This document shows positions 24,935-32,000 of a stretch of DNA of 32,000 nucleotides, piece by piece. The DNA comes from Candidatus Scalindua sp. (GTDB lineage Bacteria; Planctomycetota; Brocadiia; Brocadiales; Scalinduaceae). The DNA lies in contig JALDRA010000001.1 in the NCBI GenBank assembly GCA_031316235.1, positions 390,001-422,000 on the forward strand, in the 5' to 3' direction. A program made the position numbers and the translations under genes. The notes under the pieces are model-generated. The model ran no database searches, was not told the origin of the DNA, and worked only from the letters and a program-made list of their open reading frames with translations. Numbering within the stretch: position 1 is the first letter of the stretch; each line of letters starts with the position of its first letter.

Positions 24935-25102
24935 TTATTGCAAACGTCTCCTTTTTTCCCTTAAAAGCTTTCTAATATTCTTAAAAGTTTTATCTTTCAT
25001 TTTCCTTGCCTCTTCAGCCGAAAACCCAAGATCTTTCGAAAATCTGTATTTTGCTCTCCTTTTAACCTTTTCCCATTCTGATATTTTTGCTTCCTGTTTC
25101 AC
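24935..25102 (-). CDS. possible 55-aa highly basic protein
   Basis: GTG start preceded by AAAGGGGA: VKQEAKISEWEKVKRRAKYRFSKDLGFSAEEARKMKDKTFKNIRKLLREKRRRLQ. Below the ORF-track length cutoff. Confidence 0.3.
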   Translation of the reverse strand: MKQEAKISEWEKVKRRAKYRFSKDLGFSAEEARKMKDKTFKNIRKLLREKRRRLQ

Positions 25103-25273
25103 GATTTTCCCCTTTGATTTTTTTAGATATTTTCGTTAGAATCAAAATATAAGGCGTAAATAGAAAAGGGCATATTGTCTCTGGTTAGATCCATAGTCAA
25201 TAGGCCTTATCTATGACGCTTTTGCGAATACCTCTCTTCACCTTCAGTTTGCCGACTCGGGTGTTGAGAGGTA

Positions 25274-25453
25274 CTATTTTCCCGCTTTGAGTCTCTGTAT
25301 TTCCTTCATTTTGCTCTCTATCAACTTTCCAGTACCTTCCCGGATCAACTCTGATATACTCGTGTTCAGGTAAAATGCCGCTTCCCGCAAGGTAGCATGC
25401 TGTGACTCTCTCAGCCTGACCATTACCGATTTATTAAAATCTGGTTTCAACAT
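25274..25453 (-). CDS. ribbon-helix-helix (CopG/Arc/MetJ-type) DNA-binding protein
   Basis: 59 aa counted from the ATG preceded by GGAGGAG. NKSVMVRLRESQHATLREAAFYLNTSISELIREG gives the beta-strand plus two helices pattern of RHH regulators. Confidence 0.65.
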   Translation of the reverse strand: MLKPDFNKSVMVRLRESQHATLREAAFYLNTSISELIREGTGKLIESKMKEIQRLKAGK

Positions 25454-25486
25454 TTCGTACTCCTCCTTCAGGTTAAAAAATTTGCA

Positions 25487-25526
25487 TAAAAAAAGCGTGC
25501 GTGTCATACATCTATGGCACACACGC
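25487..25526 (-). terminator. rho-independent terminator after the 25616-25882 gene
   Basis: On the minus strand gcgtgtgtgcca-tagatgta-tgacacgcacgc (10/12 pairs) is followed by T7. Confidence 0.55.
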
Positions 25527-25530
25527 CGTC

Positions 25531-25559
25531 AGTATACAATATGTATTATGATATGTCAA
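25531..25559 (-). promoter_or_regulatory. sigma70-type promoter for the RHH gene and downstream genes
   Basis: On the minus strand: TTGACA (25559-25554), 17-nt spacer, TATACT (25536-25531). The predicted start falls inside the upstream arm of the terminator hairpin. Confidence 0.55.
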
Positions 25560-25615
25560 GTAATATCAGTGTAGTCAAACTTTTTCTTATTCGGCTTTTT
25601 ACTATTGTCAAGTCT

Positions 25616-25882
25616 CTATTCCTTCACAAAAACCGTGTTTCCGTCTTCTCCGTAAACTAAAAATTTAAGATCCTCCATAACTTCACTACTCAATAAGCTG
25701 AGTCCTAATGCCTCGGACCCGGAAAAGTCATCTTCGTTGTTTATGATTCTCTGAAAGATCCCAATAATCCCGGCTAATTTGCAAAATGTCTCATCTGCAT
25801 TAATGTTGCGATAGTTAGTCAATTGCCCACTCTTAGCACTTGACACCTTTTCTTTCTCCTTCTCAACTGTCTTTTTGTTCAT
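25616..25882 (-). CDS. hypothetical protein
   Basis: 88-aa ORF with AAAGGA upstream and a terminator downstream. No motif recognised. Confidence 0.5.
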   Translation of the reverse strand: MNKKTVEKEKEKVSSAKSGQLTNYRNINADETFCKLAGIIGIFQRIINNEDDFSGSEALGLSLLSSEVMEDLKFLVYGEDGNTVFVKE

Positions 25883-25924
25883 TGCCTTTTATCCTTTCAA
25901 AAAGTTATAAAATTTTAACAATCA

Positions 25925-26227
25925 TCAAGTAACCTTCAATTTCGATGCCAATTTCGTCACCTTCTCAACTTCATCCGCTCTGGTAGTTATTGCCCTTTGT
26001 CGCGGGTATGTCTTGCCGTCTGCACCCTTTGACGTGTGCGATTCGCACACCTGATTATTGTTAATTAGATTCTTTCTTGCTAACGAAACCGTGTTATTGC
26101 TAACCCCTAACCCCTTAGAAATCTGCCTATCTGAAATTTCCGGGGTTTCTCTCAACTGGTCCCTGACAAGTTCCTGCTTTTGTTTCTGGTTAAGATGCCG
26201 CCTTGCAAGGTTTTCTCTTGCCGTCAA
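25925..26227 (-). CDS. HTH DNA-binding protein (ParB/KorB-like HTH region)
   Basis: ENLARRHLNQKQKQELVRDQL...SDRQISKGLGVSNNTVSLARKNL resembles the helix plus HTH segment of ParB-type proteins. TTG start; an in-frame TAG 12 codons upstream excludes a longer N-terminus. Confidence 0.5.
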   Translation of the reverse strand: MTARENLARRHLNQKQKQELVRDQLRETPEISDRQISKGLGVSNNTVSLARKNLINNNQVCESHTSKGADGKTYPRQRAITTRADEVEKVTKLASKLKVT

Positions 26228-26276
26228 AACCTTTTGAGGTGATGCATTGCATCGCCTGCCCTACAAAGCTATAAAA

Positions 26277-26293
26277 TTAATGATTTTCATTAA
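26277..26293. promoter_or_regulatory. perfect inverted repeat TTAATGA-ttt-TCATTAA (candidate operator)
   Basis: 7-bp arms with a 3-bp spacer, ~50 bp upstream of the first element gene (start 26227), within an AT-rich promoter-like stretch. Confidence 0.3.
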
Positions 26294-26389
26294 AACAATC
26301 GGTTGTAGCGCCGGGAACTTTAGCGGAAAATTTTGGGGATTATTTTGCAATCAATGTCAGCTTAGGGTTATGGCTTTTGAAGTGAGATT

Positions 26390-26494
26390 TTTTGACCAGA
26401 AATACCCGGCAAAACTACGGCCTGCGGTTTGAGATTTTTTGACCACTGTTTGACCATGTATAATTTCTATACACAATTTGACCGATTTTTGACC
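26390..26494 (+). promoter_or_regulatory. five (T)TTTGACC direct repeats (candidate integrase arm-type sites, right arm)
   Basis: Copies at 26390-26397, 26437-26444, 26449-26455, 26477-26483 and 26487-26494, all in the same orientation as the two at 19086-19104. gagattttttgacca occurs twice. Confidence 0.45.
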
Positions 26495-26606
26495 ATAAAA
26501 AGGTAGTTTTATGTAACAAAATGGAACAGATTGCGCTATGAGAAGGGTAAAAAAACGGCTTATTTAGGGGGGAAATTTTGTTGTAAGTCTTTTAGGGTGA
26601 AAGAGA

Positions 26607-26680
26607 TACGCCCGAGAGGATTCGAACCTCTGGCCTACGGTTTAGGAAACCGTCGCTCTATCCTTCTGAGCTACGGGCGT
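26607..26680 (-). tRNA. tRNA-Arg (anticodon CCU)
   Basis: The reverse complement folds as a 74-nt cloverleaf: acgcccg-ta-gctc-agaaggata-gagc-g-acggt-TTCCTAA-accgt-aggcc-agagg-ttcgaat-cctct-cgggcgt-a. CCA is not encoded. Its 3' 47 nt form the right att repeat. Confidence 0.9.
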
Positions 26681-27404
26681 ATGGAGCTTTTAATGGCATA
26701 TATTCAGGTATAACGTTTGTAAAAGCATAACTTAAATCCTCTGCACACCCTCAAGCTCAATAATGCAAACTAATACAAATCTGTGGGCAGAATATGGGCA
26801 ATAAAAGTCAGGAAAAAAATACTCTCAGTTTCCATATATTCGTAATACTTCGAATGGTATTAGAATGGAACATAAAGTGAATTCATCGATACAATCGCCT
26901 ATACAATAAAGTGATTACTCGATACTGACATGTATACGTATTTCTGGTAAGTTTATCAAAGTTCGCCTGTATGGGCAAGAAATTTTATACTATCCGTTTT
27001 TTTACCTCATTTACGTCATTACTATAAAATGTAATTTAGTTTACATCATATTTTATTATGTTGTTTACCATAATCTGCTTTCTGTTCAAGTTCGCTCACT
27101 CCTTTCACCTGGACTCGCAGTCGCGAGTCACTCTCTCGAATTCTCCCCTTCAAAATACCTAACCCTTTTTTTGAAAGCATACACAATTGTCAACAGTAAC
27201 TGACACTATGTATAACCAGAAACAACCTCCAATTTCTGTCATAAAAGAAAAAATTAAACTTTCAACTGCCATAGTTTTAAAGCTTTACTTCTTTTCTAGA
27301 TGAAAATTTATTTCCTTGGTATAAAATTTGAGATAGCATAACCAACAGTTGCACTTGTTTAAGAAAGTTATTTTAAACACAATCATTTTTAGGTAGATAC
27401 AAAC

Positions 27405-27599
27405 ATGAACATAACAGAATCAAAAAAGATATGCATGGAATTAGCACTTGTCAGAAAATCAATCAATACAGGAAACTTCGAGAACTTCGAAGAGTTCGTC
27501 AAGTTGGACAGTTATCGACAAGATCTGGAAGCGGAAATTGCCGTAATTGGAGAATACAAAGCAGGGACCGTGGTTAATCGAAAAAGCCATAGACAATAA
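27405..27599 (+). CDS. hypothetical small protein (weak call)
   Basis: 64-aa ORF in an otherwise ORF-poor AT-rich region. It has no canonical SD but shares a GTAGnTACAAA leader with the next small ORF. Confidence 0.25.
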   Translation: MNITESKKICMELALVRKSINTGNFENFEEFVKLDSYRQDLEAEIAVIGEYKAGTVVNRKSHRQ

Positions 27600-27643
27600 C
27601 TTTTCCTTTACCTGTTGATAACATTTTTTTAAGTAGGTACAAA

Positions 27644-27730
27644 ATGAAAAAAGCAATTGCCTTAACAATGTTTGCCTTCGATTTCATGCTACTTGGCCAT
27701 CTTGTTAGTTCGACGATAAAATTCATTTAA
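27644..27730 (+). CDS. possible 28-aa hydrophobic peptide (weak call)
   Basis: MKKAIALTMFAFDFMLLGHLVSSTIKFI; the leader tttttaaGTAGgTACAAAatg parallels tttttagGTAGaTACAAAcatg of the 27405 ORF. Confidence 0.2.
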   Translation: MKKAIALTMFAFDFMLLGHLVSSTIKFI

Positions 27731-28469
27731 AACGCACTGGCAGACTTTGTTCATTTGAGGAACACGCTGGGAATTAATGTGAGGTTTTCAGTTTTTGATA
27801 CCGTATGTATTCAATCGGCAATCTATTACTTTACTTCTTACTATAAATATTTCAGTTTTAGCAAGTATCTTCTTCGGCTGAAGAATCAGCTTGAAGAAAT
27901 TGACCCATTGCCGCTGACATCACACGTAATTTTCCGGCGAGTTCCTCACTCACCAGGGTCTCGCTTTATCCTCTTCATTTAAGAACATACCACCCACAAG
28001 GATTGAAAAAACGTATATCCATGGGTGTTAGTTGGATCAAGCAAATTACTCAGCGTGAGATCTGCAGTGGGTATAGGGTAAAATCTGTAAAAATAGAGAA
28101 CCATGAGGCAAGGCGCAGGGTGATTATCACTACAATAATCGACGCTGCGCCCTGCAGACAAGAGTCAAACGTGGGTCATCTGACTCTTGGACTTCACTCT
28201 TTTTCACAATTGAGACATTGCCAAACGTGCAAAGATGGGAAACAATAACACACGCACATGCAATTTACACCATGCAACCCCTCCCGATCCTTACCCTCTT
28301 TTTCTTATATGTCCATTCAGAATCCCGTGCACATGGCATTCAGGAGGTATTTTGTCGATCACGGTATGGAGCCGAACGGATATAATGCTGGCAAGCCGGT
28401 GATTCGATAGCGTATCTGTCTGGTTCCGGAGCACGGAACCGTGCAAATAGTTCTAAAGGAAAAATTTAC

Positions 28470-28979
28470 CTAATAATTGATCAAGGAAAAAATATCAAAT
28501 TTTTCCAACTTCTTTTTCCCGTGTAAAAAATCGAGTTCTATGATAAAGGCGCATCCCGCTATTTTACCACCAAGTGACTCTACCAGAGCACAAGAAGCCG
28601 CCATTGTTCCACCAGTAGCCAAGAGATCATCAACCATCAACACTGTGTCATTTTTTGAAATAGCGTCTTTGTGTATCGCAAGCGTATCAGTGCCATATTC
28701 TAATTCATACGTCATAGTTGCTGTCTCACAGGGGAGCTTTCCCGGTTTTCGTATCGGCACAAAACCAGCGTTTAATTTCATCGCAACTGAAGGCCCAATG
28801 AGAAAGCCCCTTGCCTCTGCTCCGACTACAACATCAATCTCTTTTCCCACATAGTGGGCAGAAATTTTATCTACAATCTCTTTTAAACTTGAAGGATTGC
28901 GAAACAGTGGTGTTATATCCTTAAATATAATACCCTCTTTGGGGAAATCCGGAACGTCACGTACAAGCTCTTTTAACAA
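28470..28979 (-). CDS. apt: adenine phosphoribosyltransferase
   Basis: VPDFPKEGIIFKDITPL and the PRPP-binding loop VLMVDDLLATGGT. 169 aa with a TTG start 3 nt after the rpsA stop. Confidence 0.9.
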   Translation of the reverse strand: MLKELVRDVPDFPKEGIIFKDITPLFRNPSSLKEIVDKISAHYVGKEIDVVVGAEARGFLIGPSVAMKLNAGFVPIRKPGKLPCETATMTYELEYGTDTLAIHKDAISKNDTVLMVDDLLATGGTMAASCALVESLGGKIAGCAFIIELDFLHGKKKLEKFDIFSLINY

Positions 28980-28982
28980 TTT

Positions 28983-30728
28983 TCACCCTTCCTTTTCTTG
29001 ATTATCGTTTTTTCCCTCATCAACTGAATCTTCCGAGACTTGTGTTTCAGTTTGTACTTCCTCAGCTTTCCCTGCCTCACCAATTACGTTTTTAACACCC
29101 TTGAGACTCAGACCAATCTTTCTGGCATCTGCCTCCATCTTGATAATCCTGACCTCTAGATCATCACCAATAGAAAGAATTTTTTCGATATCGGTTACCT
29201 TCTTGTCAGAAAGCTCTGAAATATGCAATAACCCTTCCAGGCCATCACCCAAATCCAGGAATGCACCAAAATCGGTAATCTTGGCAACCTTGCATTTTAC
29301 AATGTCTCCCACAGCATATTTTTCAGGAATCTCTTTCTTCCAGGGATCTTCTTTCAGTTGCTTATAACCTAAAGAGACCCTTTTCTTCTCTTTGTCAACA
29401 GAGAGGACAATCGTCTCAATAGTATCACCTTTTTTCACAATTTCCGAAGGATGGGTAACCTTCTTGGACCAGGATAAATCTGATATATGAAGCAGACCGT
29501 CTATACCTTCTTCAATCTCGACAAAGGCACCATAATTTGTCAGATTTCTCACCTTTCCCATTATCTTGGTTCCTGATGGATATTTCTCTTCGATAAGGGT
29601 CCAGGGATTTTTTTCAACCTGTTTAATGCTTAAAGAAATCTCTTCCTTTTCCTTGTTTATGTTTAAGACAATAGCTTCAACCGAATCACCAATAGCAACA
29701 ACTTCGGTAGGATGGTTGATACGTCTCGTCCAGGACATTTCAGAGATATGAACCAGACCTTCAATACCGGTTTCCAACTTAATAAAGGCACCGTAGGACA
29801 TAATGTTAACAACCTGACCCTTAATTGTAGATCCAATCGGGTATCGATCTTCCACCTTGACCCACGGATTCTCGGATTTCTGCTTTAACCCTAGTGCAAC
29901 TTTTTCTTTTACTTTATCAATTTCGAGTATCTTTACCTCTATTTCATCACCGATTGCGAGCATTTCAGAAGGGTGACTGATTCTTCCCCAGCTGATATCT
30001 GTAATATGGAGCAGCCCGTCAATTCCACCAAGATCGATAAAGGCACCAAAATCGGCAATATTTTTTACTACTCCCTTGGCAACCTGACCAATCTCTACGC
30101 TTTCCAGGAACTCCCGTTTCAGTTTACTTCGCTCTTCCTCAATCAGTTTTCTGCGAGACACAATGATATTCTGCTGAACCTCATCAATCTTCAGTATTTT
30201 ACAGGTCACTTCACTGCCAATATAGTCAGCAATCTCACCTGGCGGTTTCGTGTCTATCTGTGAAGCCGGCAAGAATATGGGTATGCCGACATCTACAAGC
30301 AATCCTCCTTTTATTTTTCTTATAACCTTCCCGGTAACAACATCCCCTTCTTTATAGACATTTACAATTTTTTCCCATCCACGTATACGGTCTGCTTTTC
30401 GCTTTGAGAGCTGTATCAGGCCGGTATCGTCCTCAAATGATTCCAATACCACCTCCAGCTCATCCCCCTTATTTACCTCCTCCACACTGTCAAACTCGGA
30501 AAGCGGAATGATACCCTCAGACTTATACCCAGTATCAATTACGACATCATTCCCGATAATACCCAGGATCTCACCCTTTAATATCATGCCCAATTCGAAA
30601 TTTTTGATTGAGTTGTTATATACTTCCTCAATCTTTTCGAAATCATAACTCTCAATTGATTTCGCAAATTCCTTTTCTATCTCTTCCTGTGCAATATCGT
30701 ATTCCTTTAAGACATTTCTATTAACCAT
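28983..30728 (-). CDS. rpsA: 30S ribosomal protein S1
   Basis: Six S1 (OB-fold) repeats with recurring G.V..I..fGAF(V/I).l..g..GLlHiSe(l/m)s. Follows cmk, as in many bacteria. Start placed at the ATG (MVNRN) downstream of GGAG. Confidence 0.92.
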   Translation of the reverse strand: MVNRNVLKEYDIAQEEIEKEFAKSIESYDFEKIEEVYNNSIKNFELGMILKGEILGIIGNDVVIDTGYKSEGIIPLSEFDSVEEVNKGDELEVVLESFEDDTGLIQLSKRKADRIRGWEKIVNVYKEGDVVTGKVIRKIKGGLLVDVGIPIFLPASQIDTKPPGEIADYIGSEVTCKILKIDEVQQNIIVSRRKLIEEERSKLKREFLESVEIGQVAKGVVKNIADFGAFIDLGGIDGLLHITDISWGRISHPSEMLAIGDEIEVKILEIDKVKEKVALGLKQKSENPWVKVEDRYPIGSTIKGQVVNIMSYGAFIKLETGIEGLVHISEMSWTRRINHPTEVVAIGDSVEAIVLNINKEKEEISLSIKQVEKNPWTLIEEKYPSGTKIMGKVRNLTNYGAFVEIEEGIDGLLHISDLSWSKKVTHPSEIVKKGDTIETIVLSVDKEKKRVSLGYKQLKEDPWKKEIPEKYAVGDIVKCKVAKITDFGAFLDLGDGLEGLLHISELSDKKVTDIEKILSIGDDLEVRIIKMEADARKIGLSLKGVKNVIGEAGKAEEVQTETQVSEDSVDEGKNDNQEKEG

Positions 30729-30858
30729 TAAAAACAATCTCCAAAATAATAAAATGTTAAACCACAGATATTAGAACAACTTGTAAATTTTGCAAATGCC
30801 ATGTACCGTAAAAGGCTTCTGGATCAACCTGATCCAGACCAGGACCATCATTACTGTT

Positions 30859-31521
30859 TTATTTCGGAATCTTTCCAATTTCTTCAATTAAGATTCTGAC
30901 AACTTCTTCTATTGTTAAGCGTGTCGTATCAAGATAAAAGGCGTCATCGACCTGTTTTAAAGGCGCCACACCCCTCGTCATATCTTTATGGTCCCTCTGC
31001 CTGAGGTCTTCGGCCACTGTAAAAAGTTTGCTTGTCCCGTTAAGACTCGCCAGTTCGGAATGACGCCGTTCTGCCCTTACGGTAATATCCGCATCGAGAT
31101 AAATCTTCATATCTGCGTCTGGAAAAACCACCGAAGCCATGTCCCTTCCTTCGGCTACAATATTCTCACCTTCAGCAAAACGTCTCTGGTGCTCAACCAT
31201 CTTTTCACGAACAAACCCGATATTTGAAACATAATGTACATTCTTTGTTACGAATGGCAGCCGTATCTCCCTGCTGACATTAACATCGTCTACATATGTC
31301 TCAAATCCATTTTTCGTGCTTTCTATTCTTATGCAGGTTCCACTCATCAATTTACAAAGCCCTTTATCATCATGGAAATCAACTCCTTCTTCAGCCGCTT
31401 TCCATGTAAGGGCCCTGTACATCGCGCCGCTATCAAGATATCTGAAAGAGAGCCGTTCAGACAGCATCTTTGCTACAGTACTTTTTCCAGACCCAGCAGG
31501 CCCATCAATTACAACGACCAC
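30859..31521 (-). CDS. cmk: cytidylate kinase
   Basis: The P-loop VVVIDGPAGSGKST, YLDSGAMYRA and overall length (220 aa) fit Cmk. GTG start. Confidence 0.9.
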   Translation of the reverse strand: MVVVIDGPAGSGKSTVAKMLSERLSFRYLDSGAMYRALTWKAAEEGVDFHDDKGLCKLMSGTCIRIESTKNGFETYVDDVNVSREIRLPFVTKNVHYVSNIGFVREKMVEHQRRFAEGENIVAEGRDMASVVFPDADMKIYLDADITVRAERRHSELASLNGTSKLFTVAEDLRQRDHKDMTRGVAPLKQVDDAFYLDTTRLTIEEVVRILIEEIGKIPK

Positions 31522-31634
31522 TAGGCTTCTCCAGGTAAAATAATAACTTTTCTCGGGTTACAGGCTTTTTTATAACAAAGCAACCCAACGAATGCAAGCT
31601 ATTTTTGTACAAAACTGCGGTCCTCAATCATCCA

Positions 31635-32000
31635 TTAACGGCACTTTTTTATTCTCGCCAATTTTCTCGTAAAAGCACGCGCAACACTTGTAGATTTTAT
31701 TAATACTGATGCCTCATGATTCTTTCTTAACGCACTGTAAGTCCAGTTAGTACTTCCAATTATGGTAATATATTCATCAATAACGAGCACTTTACTATGG
31801 GTCACCTCTCTTTCACCATCATAGAAAACGGGAACACCGTTTGTAGCCAGGAGATCATACGCATATTCGCTTTTTCTCTCCAACGCACCTTTTTTTCTCC
31901 CCTTTTCCCAGAACATGATATTCTGATCAAATATTACCTGTACATTCACCCCTCTTTTATGCGCATTGATCAGATCAAGAACTAATTGATGTTCATCACC
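31635..32000 (-). CDS. phospholipase D-family (HKD motif) protein, C-terminal part; continues past the right edge
   Basis: HSKVLVIDEYITIIGSTNWTYSAL is an H-x-K-x4-D-x6-GSxN motif. The frame stays open upstream to position 32000 (GDEHQLVLDLINAHKRGVNVQV...). Confidence 0.75.
   Translation of the reverse strand, partial: GDEHQLVLDLINAHKRGVNVQVIFDQNIMFWEKGRKKGALERKSEYAYDLLATNGVPVFYDGEREVTHSKVLVIDEYITIIGSTNWTYSALRKNHEASVLIKSTSVARAFTRKLARIKKCR

Larger units (their letters stand above)
19005..26653. mobile_element. tRNA-Arg(CCU)-integrated ~7.6-kb integrative element, phage-satellite-like
   Basis: Perfect 47-bp direct repeats at 19005-19051 and 26607-26653. A tyrosine integrase sits next to the left repeat. 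All ~11 internal ORFs are on the minus strand, with phage-type functions (S49 protease, Nu1/AlpA-like wHTH, Rep with iterons, RHH, HTH). Confidence 0.8.

Noticed and set aside
25274-25522. Full 82-aa version of the RHH ORF
   Set aside because: The upstream 23 codons run through the terminator hairpin and begin at about the predicted transcription start. The internal ATG has a strong GGAGGAG SD and gives a typical RHH length.
19005-26653. Complete or merely defective prophage, or a conjugative/mobilisable element
   Set aside because: 7.6 kb with intact perfect att repeats, and no capsid, portal, TerL, tail or lysis genes, argues against a functional prophage. No relaxase, coupling protein or T4SS genes argues against an ICE/IME. 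A decayed prophage fragment cannot be fully excluded and is listed as the refutation case.
28421-28439. Hairpin ggttccg-gagca-cggaacc downstream of apt as a terminator
   Set aside because: No U-tract follows on the minus strand; the evidence is too weak to annotate.

Overview
Bacterial chromosomal window with strong GGAGG-type Shine-Dalgarno sites and almost all genes on the minus strand. Housekeeping genes (purD, initiator tRNA-fMet, cbiX, metK, apt, rpsA, cmk, a PLD-like gene) frame two accessory regions. (1) 2.2-15.7 kb is a run of signal-peptide and lipoprotein genes for modular surface or periplasmic proteins. These are a collagen-repeat/YadA-head-like fibre ending in a phage tail-fibre S74 intramolecular-chaperone domain, a parallel beta-helix protein, two FN3-led proteins, a TPR-PilJ-DUF1566 lipoprotein, a DUF3365 c-type haem protein and a stand-alone PilJ-type four-helix-bundle protein. 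Within this region, two genes carry three copies of an unassigned ~93-aa C-terminal module, two genes share a paralogous segment with a 111-bp identical core, and three genes have a TTGTCAAT-N-KGACAR motif upstream. (2) 19.0-26.7 kb is a ~7.6-kb element bounded by perfect 47-bp direct repeats of the 3' part of tRNA-Arg(CCU). It carries a tyrosine integrase, an S49 prohead-protease/scaffold-like gene, a Nu1/AlpA-like wHTH gene, a Cys-rich VLP gene, a winged-helix replication initiator with internal 11-bp iterons, RHH and HTH regulators, and TTTTGACC arm-type repeats. It has no capsid, portal, large terminase or tail genes, so it is best read as a phage-satellite-like (PICI-like) integrative element; this is the strongest candidate for a novel system here. 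A ~110-150-bp mosaic, hairpin-forming repeat family occupies at least eight intergenic sites. All calls rest on reading the sequence and recalled family motifs; no database search was possible.
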